Of a DNA stretch of 64,000 nucleotides, positions 12,182 through 25,249 are shown one piece after another. The notes below the pieces were generated by a model that saw only the letters and a program-made list of their open reading frames with translations, was not told the DNA's origin and searched no databases. Position 1 is the first letter of the stretch. Every line of letters begins with the position of its first letter. A program made the translations under genes and the position numbers. The stretch lies in the NCBI RefSeq assembly GCF_009914755.1, contig NC_060934.1; one strand, written 5' to 3'. The stretch comes from the human T2T-CHM13v2.0 reference genome, Homo sapiens.

Positions 12182-12696
12182 TGTGGTATGTTGGAAAAGT
12201 GACCACAGATTCTTCCCATCTCTATGCCATTTTTTCATCAAGACGTAGAGTGTAGGTAGACTTGGCCATGGGTCTTTCTTGGCCATGTGAATTTCTTTGG
12301 CCAATAGGATGATAGTAAATGTAACATAGCAGAGACTTATAAAGCCCCTGCATATTGGGACTTCCTTCTTTCCTGTGCTTGTATCCCTGAGACCACCATG
12401 AGAATAAGCCCAAGCTAGTCTGCTGCAGGATGAGAGTCATGTGTCCCAATTCTTCCTATGTCTCATGCTGACAGCCTGCCAACCACTGGCATGTGCGCAC
12501 AGCATACCTAGACTGTCCAGCCACCAGCCTACCCATCGACCGACCACAAATGCATGATGGTGCCCAGAAACAGTGGGCTACACCAGAAAAAACACACCCA
12601 GATGACCCACATAATTGTGAGCAAGATAAAATGATTGTTATTTTAAGCCATTAATTTTGGGGGTGATTTGTTACAGGGCAAAAGCTAACTGACACA
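12182..12696 (+). mobile_element. MaLR solo LTR, MLT1G/H-like
   Basis: 'tgtggtatgttggaaaagtgaccacag' ... 'ttttaagccattaattttgggggtgatttgttacagggcaaaagctaactgacaca'. Confidence 0.85.
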
Positions 12697-12709
12697 AAAA
12701 GGAAGACAT

Positions 12710-12900
12710 CCATTGAGCATCTTTTCATGGTAGATAAAGGCCCTTTACACAGATTTCCTTATTACATCTTTACTATAACCCTGATGAGGTAGATAATATG
12801 CACCTCACTTTACAGTTGAGAAAACCAAAGCTGAGAGAGGTCAACCCACTAGTCAGACCAAAGCAGTAGAGAGCCAGAATTAGAACTCGAAGCTAAGATG
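12710..12900 (-). mobile_element. MIR SINE
   Basis: 'cactttacagttgagaaaaccaaagctgagagagg'. Confidence 0.7.
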
Positions 12901-14606
12901 GGCATAACCTGCCAAGGAGGTACCTGCCAAGGGAAAGGTTTGTGCAGCCAAGTTTGAGTAGACTCTGCTTTGCAGGCTTGGAATTCTTGGTCTGTAGGCT
13001 ATACAACCCACCATAAGGCTTCACTCTTGGTGCCCTGCAGAGCTGCATGCTGTGCAGGGAAAAAGTATGATGAGTCCAGAAAGCCTGAAAAAAGATGGGG
13101 TCATGATGAAAGATGTGGGGAGAAGAGGTCAAGGCAGTGCTTTGCAGCTGAAATGCCTCATAAGACCAGCTTATGGGAGCCTGCTTCTAAATGATCAATT
13201 CCAATCTCATTATGACCGCAGCTGCCATTAACTCAGGAGCTAATTGCTATTAGCTTACAGAAACTCAAGAGGGTTTAGCCGCAAAAATTTCATGACACGG
13301 GGCCATCTCACTGCTTAAATGGCCACATTCCTGTTATTAATTCCATTTGACTATTAGCTTATTACTGTTAAGTTATTATAACTTTGTATAAAGTCCTTGA
13401 ACCGGATGTATGTCCTCCATGTACATTTCATTATGGGGCACAGAGTGCACCCAGAGGTTCGATACTTTAATTTTCATTTTTCTTTAAAGTATAGGCTTAT
13501 TTAAAAGCATCAGGAAGGTTCTTGATTTGGAAGACAGCTCTGTAAGCAAAAGCCCTAACAAAAACCAGACTTTGCTCAGCGTTTTGATGCAATTAAGGTC
13601 TTGGCAAATGTAGAGTGAGTCTGAACAGCAGAGCTGAGCCCTGGAAGGGCCCTGGGAAAGTCTGGTCCATTCTTACGTTACAGTTGGGGAAACTGAGGAC
13701 TAGACAGGAGGCAGGACTTAGGTGAGAAAACATGCCATGTCAGCATCAGGCAGATGGCACTATCTGAAACAACCAGCTCTCTGTTTTAGATGAATTAAAA
13801 GTCTGCTGAAGATGCCAAGTATGTAAGATTACCCACACTAGACCATTTCAGCAGGGTCTGCAATCTTGCCTGTAAAAAATACCTACGTGCTAAGAAATGG
13901 GCCAAGATGCAATCATTCACTCCTTTCCAGTGGAGAGGCAGCTGGATGGAGAACTACATGACAGTGTGTAAAATTAGACATATTTAACGGGTGACGACAA
14001 GGTTCTCTCTGTCTGCGTTCAGAAGCCTCCCTTAACAAGATCCAGTTGGTTAGTTAAGAAAATAGGAGTGTGTACAATTACCAAGTTCACCGTTTGTTTT
14101 TGTTTAACTTTGTAGCTTCTTCCCAAGATGCCTCCAGGCATGTCTGGAAAAATATCAGCACTTGTCTGGGCCTGGGAGGTGTTCTCTAAATGCTCCATGG
14201 AGTTCCTCTGTGGTCAGGTCCAGGGGGCAGCTGGTAAGGAGGGGTTAGTGGGGCCAGGGCTCTGACACCAGCTCTGTCTCTCACTGGCTGTGTGGTTGTG
14301 GAGTGTCACGGTCCCTCCTTGGGGTCTCAGTTTTCTCATCTACACAACTGAAGGAGCAAAATGGAATGTCCTCAATCCTTTCCTCTTCCACATGTTTATT
14401 CTAAATCTCTTTTATTGGATTTTTGCTCTTAAAAGCATGGAGGAGGGAGGTGATAAGACAGAGCAAAGGAAATTGACAGCTCTTGAGTGCAGGGCTTTCT
14501 CTGGGGTCAGGGTTTCTGAAAGGATCCTAATTAAAGCCAAGTGAGCTCTTTCGAGTGAAGATCTCGGCAGAGTTGCTTGTTGACCTTGAGAGGTAGGGAT
14601 TGCTGA

Positions 14607-14845
14607 GTGACAGAGAGAGAGAAAGACGAGAAAAGAGAGAGGCGAGGAGAAAAAGGAGTCAGAAAGGAATACAGAAGAAGGAGAAAGGGAAGTGGAGGGG
14701 GCAGTGGGGCAGGGAAGACAAGCAGCCTCAGATGAGGGAGAGATTTAAAGCAAAGAAACAAGTTGGTGAAAATCAGGGGGGAGGAGCAGAGAGCAGACAA
14801 GAATAAAAGGTAAGGAGGGACACAAATGGAGAAGCGGGGGATAGA
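14607..14845. repeat. GA-rich low-complexity purine tract
   Basis: Strong purine bias on the + strand. Confidence 0.7.
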
Positions 14846-15879
14846 AATGCACACATCTATCAGTTAATTTCCAGAGCATACAAAATAGAAATAATCCTCC
14901 TTCAAAGCATGCATTTGAGGGTGAAGTGGGAGACAGTATGACATGAAATGAAAGCCGGAAGCATTTTTCAATGCGGACACATAAGCAAGGCTTTAATTAT
15001 TAACTGATTGCTTGTGTATGTGCGTGCATGTGCACACACACACGTGCAAGTAACAGGCCATTGTGTCCAGGCATTGTGAAACAAGCCACGGAATCCACTG
15101 GTCAGAGTCAATATTTCCTCAAAATGGCAGTCATTTAACCATTGTGCCTGTCTCTGCTCTCAGAATGTAACTAACATCTTAAGTCAATAGCTTTATGGAA
15201 TCCCTGCAAATCCCTTCTCTCTTGCTGCCACCCTGGAGAGGCACAGTTGTGTGTTTTACCTGGAAATAAAACAGCTGCACCCCTAGGGCAGGCAGGTGAA
15301 GAGACAGCGATGATCTCATTGCCTGCCCAGCCCATTTTCCTCGTGACCCACGTTGCAGCTGGCATGCAGTCTGCAGCCCTCTGATTTAGCCAACTTGGGG
15401 TCCTCTTGCTCAATTGCAAGAGGACAGGAGCTGTGGGAGGCTGAGGAGGGAACCTGGCTCAGTGGCTCTGCCCCTTCCTCTTCTCTTGCTTCTGGGTCAG
15501 GTGATTTGGCCTCAAACACCACACAAAGATGAAATATTTTGTTCCCTCACTGCTCGGTAACTATTCTCCTAAGTCCCCGGAGTTTCTGAGCTGTGAAAAC
15601 AAAACAAAGCCCATCTCAGGACAGCTGAGGCCCTTTTGCCCTCTTGGTTTGCCTTGATTTTGTTAGTTTCACCTAGAGGACAGGACTAGACACTGTGGTC
15701 CAAGTTGGGAAGATAAAATGTTGTCTGTTTCTGAAGCAAAAAAGCTGAGGCTGAGATAACAATTAGCATTGATAAGGTCCCTATAGGGGCTTGAAAGAGA
15801 ACCCTGGCTTGTTTGTCAGCTTCCGTGTGAGGCTGTGAGCCCACTGGTCATGGTTAGCACTTGAGCTATCCCCTGTTTG

Positions 15880-16068
15880 TGGGTAAACCAGAACTCCAAG
15901 AAAAAAGCAGCTCTGATTTGTAGCATTCACCAATTTCCATGGTGTAAATACTCCCACTACAGCCAATTTCAACTGGTAAGTGGTGATGTCACAGAAGGAG
16001 GAGCTGGAAAGAGAAGAAGATATTCAGCTCTTGCTGTTCTGGGAGGAAGTGGCCCCAGCACACCACTG
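15880..16068 (-). mobile_element. MER63-like hAT-Blackjack DNA transposon
   Basis: 'gatttgtagcattcaccaatttccatggtgtaaatactcccac' and the terminal 'ccagcacaccactg'. Confidence 0.75.
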
Positions 16069-16099
16069 TTTGGAACCATTTTCTCAGGGCTTCCTTCCC

Positions 16100-16500
16100 C
16101 TGCTTATAACTTTCTTCATTACAGGGCCCATACTGTTGCCCATGAGTTCTTCTAAAATGTGGGCATGATCGTGGTGCTTCCAGGGTTATAAACCATCAAT
16201 GGCTCCCTATTGTCTATGAGATAAAACCTAAGGTTCTTAGCCCAGTATTCAAGGCCTTTTTAATTTGGCCTCACTCTTATTTTTTTTTTTCAGTCAGATA
16301 CATGACCCATGTAATATGCACCATATTTGGACTCTGATGATTGCTCTCCTGTTCTCACTCCCCTGGATTATAAGTTCCTCATGGGCAGACAGTCTGTGTT
16401 CTTCCTTTTTGCATCTCCAGCTCCTCACATGTTGTATGTGCTCCCCAGATGTTGCAGGAAGGAGGGGAGGGAAGGCCCTGAGTAATATTGGTTAATGCTG
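16100..16500 (+). mobile_element. L2 LINE fragment
   Basis: 'aaccatcaatggctccctattgtct...attcaaggcc' and 'taagttcctcatgggcagacagtctgtgt'. Confidence 0.7.
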
Positions 16501-17849
16501 GACCACTGGCCTTTCCCTACAGGGCCTGTGCTCACCAGTTCCTCCATGGCTCTTGGCTCTTGCCCACCCTCTGCCCAATGTGCCCCCCCACCACTTCCTC
16601 CACCATCAAACTCCAAACCCACGTCTCCTGGCTCTAGCATCAGCTGTGCATGGGGATGTCTTCTCCACTGCCGATCCATCCATTCCACAGCAGACATGAG
16701 TTGAGCTTCCCCTACATGCCAGAAGCAGCTCCTGGCATGTGCTGGGGAAACAGCTATGGATGAGACAGATGACATCTTTGCCCTCCTGGAGCTGACACAT
16801 GGGGGAGATTGATGATCAAAAGAACAGCAGCAATGCCCCGAAGCTAAAGGGCACAGGAGAAAGCTGGAGCAGAGAGGGTGTCGCACGGGCTCCGGTTTGA
16901 TAAGAACAGCAGGGCAGGCGTCTTGAGGAGCTCTGTGAGGGGAAGCATCATGTCTTTGTCTCCCCCATGGGGTCTGGCCCCTTGTGCCTCCTCCAGGCCT
17001 ATCTTGTGGATTCTTTCATTCATCTTACATAGTCAGAACATCCCTTATGAGGCTTCTTCCCCTGAAGAAGTGTGCTTCAGTCTGTTTCATCCTGAGAATG
17101 GCCCCGTCCTTGACCTTAGCTCTCTCTTGAGATGATGCACTCTCGTTCTCATCTTGTCTGCACAGCTTTCCTGCTGCTCCTTTGCTCTAACATCCACTCC
17201 TAACCGCCACAAAATCCAGTCCCAACCATAGTCAGTGACCCCAAAGCCCCATCCAGGCACTTCTCAGTCCTTCCCTTGCAGGGCCTCTGTGGGGTTGGAC
17301 CCATTGAGCATCGCCTCCTGCGGAGACTCTCCCCATCCCTGGACTTGCCTTTGCTCCCCCAGGGTCTTTTTTCTGACTCCTCTGCTTCACTCCCAGGACA
17401 TCAACCTCCACCTCCATCTATAAGCAGGTGCACCCTCAGCCCACACCTACAGTCAACGCCTCTCTCCTGAGCAATGGGCTACAGAACCAGCCCTCTCATG
17501 GCCATCTCCCGCCTTGAGTGGCCCACAGGCCTTGGACATCAGTGGGTGTGATCGTCGCTCAAATCAGCCACTCTCCTCAGGTCCCTGCTCGTGAATGGGT
17601 CCACCGGTCAGCCAGGACCCCAGCAAAGAACCTGGGTGCCACCACAGACTCCTCTCTCTCCCATACTTGCCTCAATAATTCAGCAATTCCTGCTGCTTTT
17701 ATACCCTAACTTATTTTCAGGTTTATTTCTCCATTTCCACCACTGCCCCCGTATTTGTTATTCAGGGCCTCACTTCCTCTCACCTCCTAACAGATTTCTC
17801 TGACCCAGGCTGGCCTCTGATTCACATAAAACCTCCAGAATAATCCTTC

Positions 17850-18420
17850 AGAAACAGAAGTTTGCCCACACCCCTCCCTGTGTAGACCCATCCTGTGGCT
17901 CCCTGTAGCCCACAGTGGAGGCCCACACTCCCAGGCCCGTCCCGCAGGCCCTCCGGGGCCTGGTGCCTGCCTGTCTGCCTGCCTGCCTCTCACCACACCA
18001 TCCTCACTCTGCCTGGCCCTCGGTATTCCAGGCACACCCGGCTCCTTGTCATTCCATGCACTCAGCAGGCTGTTTCATGGCTCAGATCCTGTGCTTACTC
18101 AGGGTCCTCTGCCTGGAATAGCCCGACTTTCTCCCCGAGCCAGTCCACCTGGCTCACCCTTCCTGACTCTGCACCTCTCAGCTCAGGCATTCCCTGCTGC
18201 CAGAAACTTCTCTCACTGACAACCCATCCCTGAACAGATCCCACAGGACAGACTGCTCTCCCTGTTCTGTGCACCCCCCACCACACACACACACCATACT
18301 GTAATTCCCTGTTTGCAGGCATTTCTCCAGATTGTGAGGGGAGCACACAGCCATGTCATACTCATCTTTCACCCTCCATGCATAACTTATATTGTTCACT
18401 TGAAAAGTCATTTGCTCAAC
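17850..18420 (+). mobile_element. L2 LINE fragment
   Basis: 'cctctgcctggaatagccc' and 'ccagattgtgaggggagc' L2 3' motifs. Confidence 0.6.
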
Positions 18421-18519
18421 TAGTTCAGTGCCAGGCACCTGGTTAGAAGACGGGAAAGAAATGTACACTTGGCAGGGAAGCAGGAGAACATCATGGTTCC
18501 TGCCTTTCTGTTTAAGAGC

Positions 18520-18665
18520 TGTGTACCCTTGGTAGGTCCTCAACCTGTCCGGGCCTCTGTTCCATCACCTGTAAAATGAGCTGATAGCAAAGCAGCTCAT
18601 CAGCGGGTTGCAGGAGGATTCACTGAGATGTGCACCGCTGAGCGCTTTGAACAGTCAGCTCCTCT
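18520..18665 (+). mobile_element. MIR SINE
   Basis: 'gctgtgtacccttggtaggtcctcaacctgtccgggcctctgttccatcacctgtaaaatgag'. Confidence 0.75.
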
Positions 18666-20147
18666 TGTTATTCCCGGCACACTGTGGGACCTGCTCATGG
18701 ACATATGTTATTCCACTCTCTTTTCATAAGGCTCTAGTGAAATAGGTGTTGTTATCCTGACTTTCCCTGTTGGGGAACTGTTGGCAGAGGCTGAGTGGTC
18801 TCCCAGGTCTCCCACGCAGTCAGAGATGGAGCAAAGTGTCACCGGCTCTGTCTCTCTGCTCAGAACACCTTGGGGTTGCTCCTCTGCTGACCTGATTTCA
18901 AGGGAAAGAGAGACCCTCCATGGAGTCTGAAGGAGACCATTTCCTGCAAGCCAGAGAAAACCCTGTGGTGGGCAGCCACCTGAGGACACAGGGCACTCAT
19001 TGTCCCTTGGGTAACTTCTCCAATGCCCACAGAGCTGACGGGAGAGTTTCTGGACCATCACGGTTCACACAGGAAAGCTGGATTGTGTGTCTTTAGGGGA
19101 ACCTCACCACCCCTTGGGGTGATGTCTGAGCTGACAGTCTGGCCAGGTGCCTCTCACACAAAGCTGCTTCTTCCCCATCAGACGGACTCCTGGGCAGGGA
19201 GTGGGTGGTGGGGCACAGGTGGGGCTTACCTGACAGGGCCTTTCCAGCAGGGTCCCCTTGGGGTCTAACTGGCCTCTGCCCTATGCTTGCTGTGTTGGCA
19301 GGATGCTTGCTTGGATTTCAGCACCTGGCCCCTCACTCAGCATGCCTGCCCTCAGAGTTCATGTGCAGGGATAAATGCCCCTCTATTTGGGATCTAGAGG
19401 TGCCTGGCAGGGATTCAGCCCCTGTGGGGTTTCCTGTTCTTCCAGGAGCTATGTCCAGTGGAGCCTCTGGCCTCACACAATGCTGGCCTCCCAGTTTGGC
19501 ATCCTCAGCACAGCAAAGTCCCCAGGAACTGTTCCCATGGGATGCCCAAGTAGTGGGGCCCCCAAGACCTTTGGGAAATCCACCCTGTGGGGTCACTTTC
19601 CTCTATAAACAGCCAAGGTCAAATGATACATGTGTTTCTGATTTGGGAGGACTGGGCACCAGGGTTGGGGAGGGCGCTGATCAAAGGGTCAGGGAGCTGG
19701 GAGGAAGCCTGTTTAGAGAATGGGGAGATGGAAAACTTTTTTATTTCCTAATCAGTCAGCAGAAGAGATTTTCTGAGGGGGTGCCTCTGATCCCAGAGGG
19801 AGTAGAGGAGCTGATGCCAAGAAAAAGGCCCCAGCCCACAGTCCTGGGAACAGATTCCTGGCTTTGCCCTCATTCATTCCATGGCCTTATGCACATCTTG
19901 TTTCCCTCATGAGACTTTGTTTCCACATCAGCATGCTGGGAGACACACCCAATTAATCAATTTCCCCATTTGTTATTTATGAGTGTCTGTGGATCAGGCC
20001 CAGTGCCAGGTACTGGAGACAGAGAAAGGAAAGTCTCAGCCCACAGTCTCAGTGCTCTGGGGAACCGGGCCATCAGCTCCACTCTGAGCAAGGGAAAGGC
20101 CAAGAGGAGCTTTGCCCAGGTATGTGGAAACACAGAGGAGGGGTTTT

Positions 20148-20592
20148 TTGATGGGTTTGAAGGTGGCCCCCAAAAGATAGATCCAGATCCATGGACTCCT
20201 GGTACCATGAATGTGACCTTCTTTGGATAGAGGGTTTTTGCAGATGTAATTAACTTACTGAAGTCACCCTGAATTATTCAGATGGGTCCTAAATTTGGTG
20301 ACACATGTTCTAATAAGAGATAGAAGGGGAGAAGACACAGACACAGGGAGAAGACAGCCATGTGAAGGCAGAGACGGGAGTGAGGCATCTACAAGCCAAA
20401 GACTGCCGGCAACCACCAGAAGCCAGGAGAGAGGCCTGCAACGGGTTGTCCCTCACACCCCTCAGGAAAAGCCGGCAGGCCAACACCTTGATTTGGGACT
20501 CCTGGCCTCCAGAACTGTGAGAAAATGGATTGCCACTATTTCAAGCCACCTGGGCAGTGGTGCTCTGGTGCAGCAGTCTATGGGCAACTGAG
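20148..20592 (+). mobile_element. MaLR solo LTR, MLT1B/C-like, inserted in an antisense L2 (~19955-21250)
   Basis: 'gaatgtgaccttctttggatagagggtttttgcagatgtaattaa', 'gccatgtgaaggcagag', 'ctggcctccagaactgtgagaaaat'. Confidence 0.88.
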
Positions 20593-22199
20593 TGTCTAAC
20601 TCACATCCAGGAAGGTTGTCTTGGGAGGTTTCTGAAGCAGCGGCATTAGAAATGAGTCCTGAAGTTGGAGTAGAAGGTCATCAGGTTGCAGGGAGGTGGG
20701 CAGAAGGCCTTCAGGAGGCCTTACCGGAGCGTGCACAGGCATGAGGCAAGAACAAGCACTGCGGGGGCTGAGGACAATGATCCAGTAGGACTGGAGCCTG
20801 GGAGCCTGCAGAAGACAGCGTCAAAGATAGGCCTACTCTAAAGATGGTACTCTGTTGACCCAGAGTCTGGATGTCATTGTGAGGGTAATGGGCTCATTAA
20901 AAGTGTTCAGTAGGGGAGTGCTCCAGTCAGGTGTGCTTTGGAAAGGTTTCACAGGAACCCAAAGAGAAGAATGGATCCAGAACTGACCCGTCCAAGACTA
21001 GGAGGTCTGTTTGGCAACAATGCCAGCCTGGAATGGTGGGAGATGGAGTGGGCAGAGGCGAGGCAGGCACAGAGCCCAGGGGATGGGAGGACACAGGGGG
21101 AGGAGACACCATCAGCAGAGCCTGGACTGCCTATTGTGGGGCACTCTAGGAGGCCACCCAACTAGGGGTCTGGGTGATGGCGTCATTCCACTTACTGAAC
21201 CATGGAGAGAGAGTGGCCTCAGGGGTCCACGATGAGTTAGGTTTGGGGACATGTTGCATCTTCATGCGATTGCTAAGAGGATCAATGGACTATAACATAT
21301 GCAAAGTGCCCAGCACAGCGGCCAGCCAGTGGCGCTCAATATTTATCAGGAGACTGCAGAAACAGGCCCGAGGGAGGGACTAGACACTTGTCTCCATCTC
21401 CATGCCTGGCACCATCTGCAGTGCTGGGCACAATAGGTGCTCAATGAATGCCCACAGAATTGAAATATGGGCTGGACCTCAAACACCATCTGCCAGGCCA
21501 TCATAAGCCCAACACTTTGCAGCAAGAGATTCACCCCACAGACCACATCGACATCCACGCAGTTGCAAGGAAATCAATCGGTCTGGCTCCAGCTGTCGAA
21601 ACTAGGAGCCAAGAGGAACCCTGGACAAATAGTCTTCGGCTCAGCACTTTCTCCATCTGGAAAGAAAACCAGGTGGGGGCAGGGGAGGAACACCAGGCCA
21701 TCAGAAGGTTATAAGTCCATAAATAAGAGATTTGTGGTAAATAAGCTGGCGAACATATCCGCTGGCTGCTCTTTTTTATCACTCACCTAGACAGCAAAAT
21801 TCCCCCGCATCTTTTCTGCAGGCCAATAAATATCCTTCAAGGAGCCTGTATTTACATAGAGAGCAAGGCGGGTGCCACTGCTCCACAGGCCCCATGTCAA
21901 GAAGGAACAATGTATGGCCCTAAAGAGAATGGCTGTGCGGGGAATCAATGCAAATGCAGTTTCTTTTCCCAGGGTGATGCTCCTGAGCAGGGTTCAGCCC
22001 GAGTTCAAGGATTGTGCTCAGGCGGGTGCTGAGGGGACCTTTACATGGAGGAGGTGAATCTCTCCCCTAGGCAGGGTCCCCAGCTGCCTCAAGCCCACTC
22101 TGGGGCTCTGCACCCAAGACCCTTTCTCCAAAATGAAAGAGGCCTAAAGGTTATACTCTGGGACCTCTAGATCAACCACTGGGTGTTATGCCACAGAAG

Positions 22200-22640
22200 G
22201 ATTCATTAAGGACCTACTGTGTGCCAGGCGCAGTAGGTAAATGGAAACAAGGACAGACAAGGCTCCTGCCTTCCAATCAGAGAGCTGGGATTGAGTGGCT
22301 TCGCCCAGTAGTGGGGAAGGCTGGTCAGAAGGGCTGGCATATAAGCTGACACACCCAGTGGGATTTGAACATGAGCAGAGGAGAGAGGGTCCTGAGTAGA
22401 GACCATGGCCTGCTCAGAGCACCCCAGGTAAGAGACATGGAAGCAAGGTGCCAGGAGGAGGTAGAAGGACATCTGATACCTGGAGCGCAGTGGGTGAGAA
22501 GAAACCAGGTGAGAAGAGGGACTAGAAAGAAAGCAGATGGCTTTCTGGGATGTGGCTCCTGCAGACTCCTCCAGCCCTCAGGGACTTTTTTTTGTATGGG
22601 CAGTGGGAGGCTACTTCAGGTTCTTAGTTAGGAGAATGAC
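22200..22640 (-). mobile_element. L2 LINE fragment
   Basis: 'attcattaaggacctactgtgtgccaggc...aaacaaggacagacaaggctcctgcc'. Confidence 0.7.
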
Positions 22641-23743
22641 ATTCCCAGAGAGCTCTCATTACTAAAAAAAGCAATCAACAATTTTTCTCATGACCACATG
22701 CTCTGGGTATTGTCCCCTTCATCTTGGAATAATGCCCAGCACACAAAAAAGTGCTTAATAAATATCAGCGGAACCACTGAGTCAACGTCTGAAATCCCCC
22801 ACAGAGCAGACCTCGCAAGCATATTTTCTATTCGAGTGACCCAGGAAAGCGGTGCTATGGGCAGTGTTTTGCTTTCTGCCTGGGAGGTGAAGGGGGGCGA
22901 TGTGGTGGCAGTTGAGTGACTTGCCCAAGGTCATCCACAGGCTTAATGGCTGAGCTGAGATTGGATTTCAAGTGTTCTGTTTGTTAAAAAGAGCCCAACA
23001 TGATGCAGCTTAAAAAGAGGGCTAGAAATAAAAGTGGGACCAAGACATAGAAGACAGAGAGAGAGGAAAGAAGAGCAAGAAGGAGAAACAGGCAGATGTC
23101 TCATCTTCCTGTACCTGTACCACTTGGGGCTTTATTTACAGAACTTGGTGTAATCATATAGGATGTAACATCTTTTAAACATTTACCAAACCAAGAGCAT
23201 AAGCTTTTAAACCTACACATGCATTCACATTTGACCATGGTACATTGTTTTACTTTATGAAGAATGGCGAACACTGCTTTGTGAACATCTGGCTGGTCTT
23301 TTTTCAAAGCCAGATGTGGTAAACGAAAAAAGACAAGTCCATAGGCTACACCTGCCAGGAGCAATGACCAGGATTTCTTAAACCATGTACATGTTATTCC
23401 TTTTGGACTCAGCTGAAGATACTTGCTCCTGCTCCAGAAAGCCTTAGAGTTTCTAGAAGGCTGAAAAGCAGGAAAGAGAGAAGCTCCTGCTTTTCAGTCC
23501 ATAGCAATGCAGGGAAATCAGATGGGGTGACATGTCACAGACGCACCCACCTCAAGTTCAAGGGGAAGGAAGAAGGAGGCCTTGCTGTGGCCTTCTGGCC
23601 TGTGCAATATTTGCAGCCAGGCCGTTAGAGAAGAGCCACACGGGAGCCTGTTGGAAGGGCTGGCAGCTGCGTGCTTTTTCCGTTGTTGATAAGGGAGGCA
23701 TTTCCTAAACCTGCCACTGGCCCTTTGTCTCCTTGCATGTATA

Positions 23744-24069
23744 CAGGTTGAACATCCCTAATCCAAAAATCCAAAATCCACAATGTCCCAAAATCTAAAA
23801 CTTTTGAGCACCAACATGACCCCACAAGTGGAAAATTCTACACCTGACCTCATGTGACAGGTCCCATATATTACTAAAAGTATTGTATAAATTACCTTCA
23901 GGCTGTATGTGCATGGTATATACGAAAACATACATGAGTTCTGTGATTAGACTTGGGTCTCATCCCCAAGATATCTTATTATGTATATTCAAGTATTCCA
24001 AAATCCCAAAACACTTAAAATCCAAAACACTTCTGGTCCCAAGCTTTTCAGATAAAGGATACACATCTG
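23744..24069 (+). mobile_element. Tigger4b-like TcMar-Tigger DNA transposon
   Basis: TA followed by 'caggttgaacatccctaatccaaaaatcc'; 'acaagtggaaaattctacacctgacctcatgtg'; end 'acacttctggtcccaagcttttcagataaaggatac'. Confidence 0.88.
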
Positions 24070-24915
24070 GTGCAGCCTGTCAGAGCTCCTGGGGAAGAGG
24101 AGCTGGCAAGAGGATTTGGATGTAAAGCACATACCATATTAACAAAGCAGAAACCTCATGGTCAGCTTCTGGGCTCTCTCCTGGTGATCATAGCTGGCTA
24201 GTGATGTTGGTAAATAGATGACTACTGGATAGAGGGGCAGTCAGGGAGGCAGCTGGCAAAATTTAAAGTGTGACTGGCCTTGGACACAGGATAAAATCTG
24301 GTTGCTCGAGCCCTGACTCTATCTGTGATTGCTTTGAGACTTCAGGCAGGTCATTTGCCCCAGTAGGAATTAGAATCCCCATCCTGTTGTTGTCTTCATA
24401 AGGCAATTGTGTGGTTGCAGAATGAGTACCAGTGTGAATATTTGGAAAACTGTGATGCGCACTGTACATACGTAAGAGAGAAGTGGTGTGTTATTAGGCC
24501 GTTGGCAAACACTTACCACTGTACAAGACCTGCTAAACTTCCTTTCAGAGGCAGGCTTCCCAAGGGACAGAAACCAGTCAGCACCCTGAGCCCAACCCAG
24601 GCTTTAGGCTGAGTTGGAAGCCTGGGCAAGGAGAGAAGGGAACTGCCCCATCTCCGGTGCTAGGAGCCTTGGAGAATGCTCGTATATACACAGCCTGCAC
24701 GCACACCAGCCTCCATGCCTCCCTGGGCACTGAGGGTGGGGCTGGGCTGGGCACAATCACTTCTTGTCCCCCTTAAGGTCCTCTAAGGCTGCCCTCTGCT
24801 CCTGCCCTTCTCTCAGTCATTGATCACTTGGACAGATATTTGGTGGGAGGATGAGAGAGTCCTGGATGCAGAAATTCTCTTGGTTCCTTCAGTAACTCCA
24901 TGATCAGCAGCAAGC

Positions 24916-25249
24916 TGAGACAGCCAAGTGGGAGGGTGTCCCTGGTGAAACTCCAACCAGCCTGTCCACTGAGGTGAGCCTTGGGAAGTTTATGGGATGT
25001 TTGCAACAGGGAGGAGCCTGGCCCCTCCTCTTCCTGTGTGGTACCTGGAATTCAAACAACCGATGGGAAGTGCTCCAGCAGGGGACTCTGGCCTTGCCGA
25101 GGATCGCTATTTCCTCTTTTCTGTTCCCCTTTTCATCCAATAAGACCCTGCTTTACTCACCCTTTAAACCATCTGCAAGCCTAAATTTTTGTGTCCGTGG
25201 GACGGACAAGAACTCTGTCTTTAGCTAACTAAGGAAAAGTCCTGCAACA
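24916..25249 (+). mobile_element. ERV1-class solo LTR, MER61-like
   Basis: TGAGACAGCCAAGTGGGAGGG...AAGGAAAAGTCCTGCAACA with an exact 4-bp TSD AAGC. Confidence 0.88.

Noticed and set aside
18520-18830. Oppositely oriented MIR pair as a hairpin precursor
   Set aside because: The copies are too diverged to pair stably, and this arrangement is common
19205-19912. 235-aa ORF, the longest in the track
   Set aside because: GTG start, GC-rich background composition, no recognisable family, and it runs into MIR-like sequence
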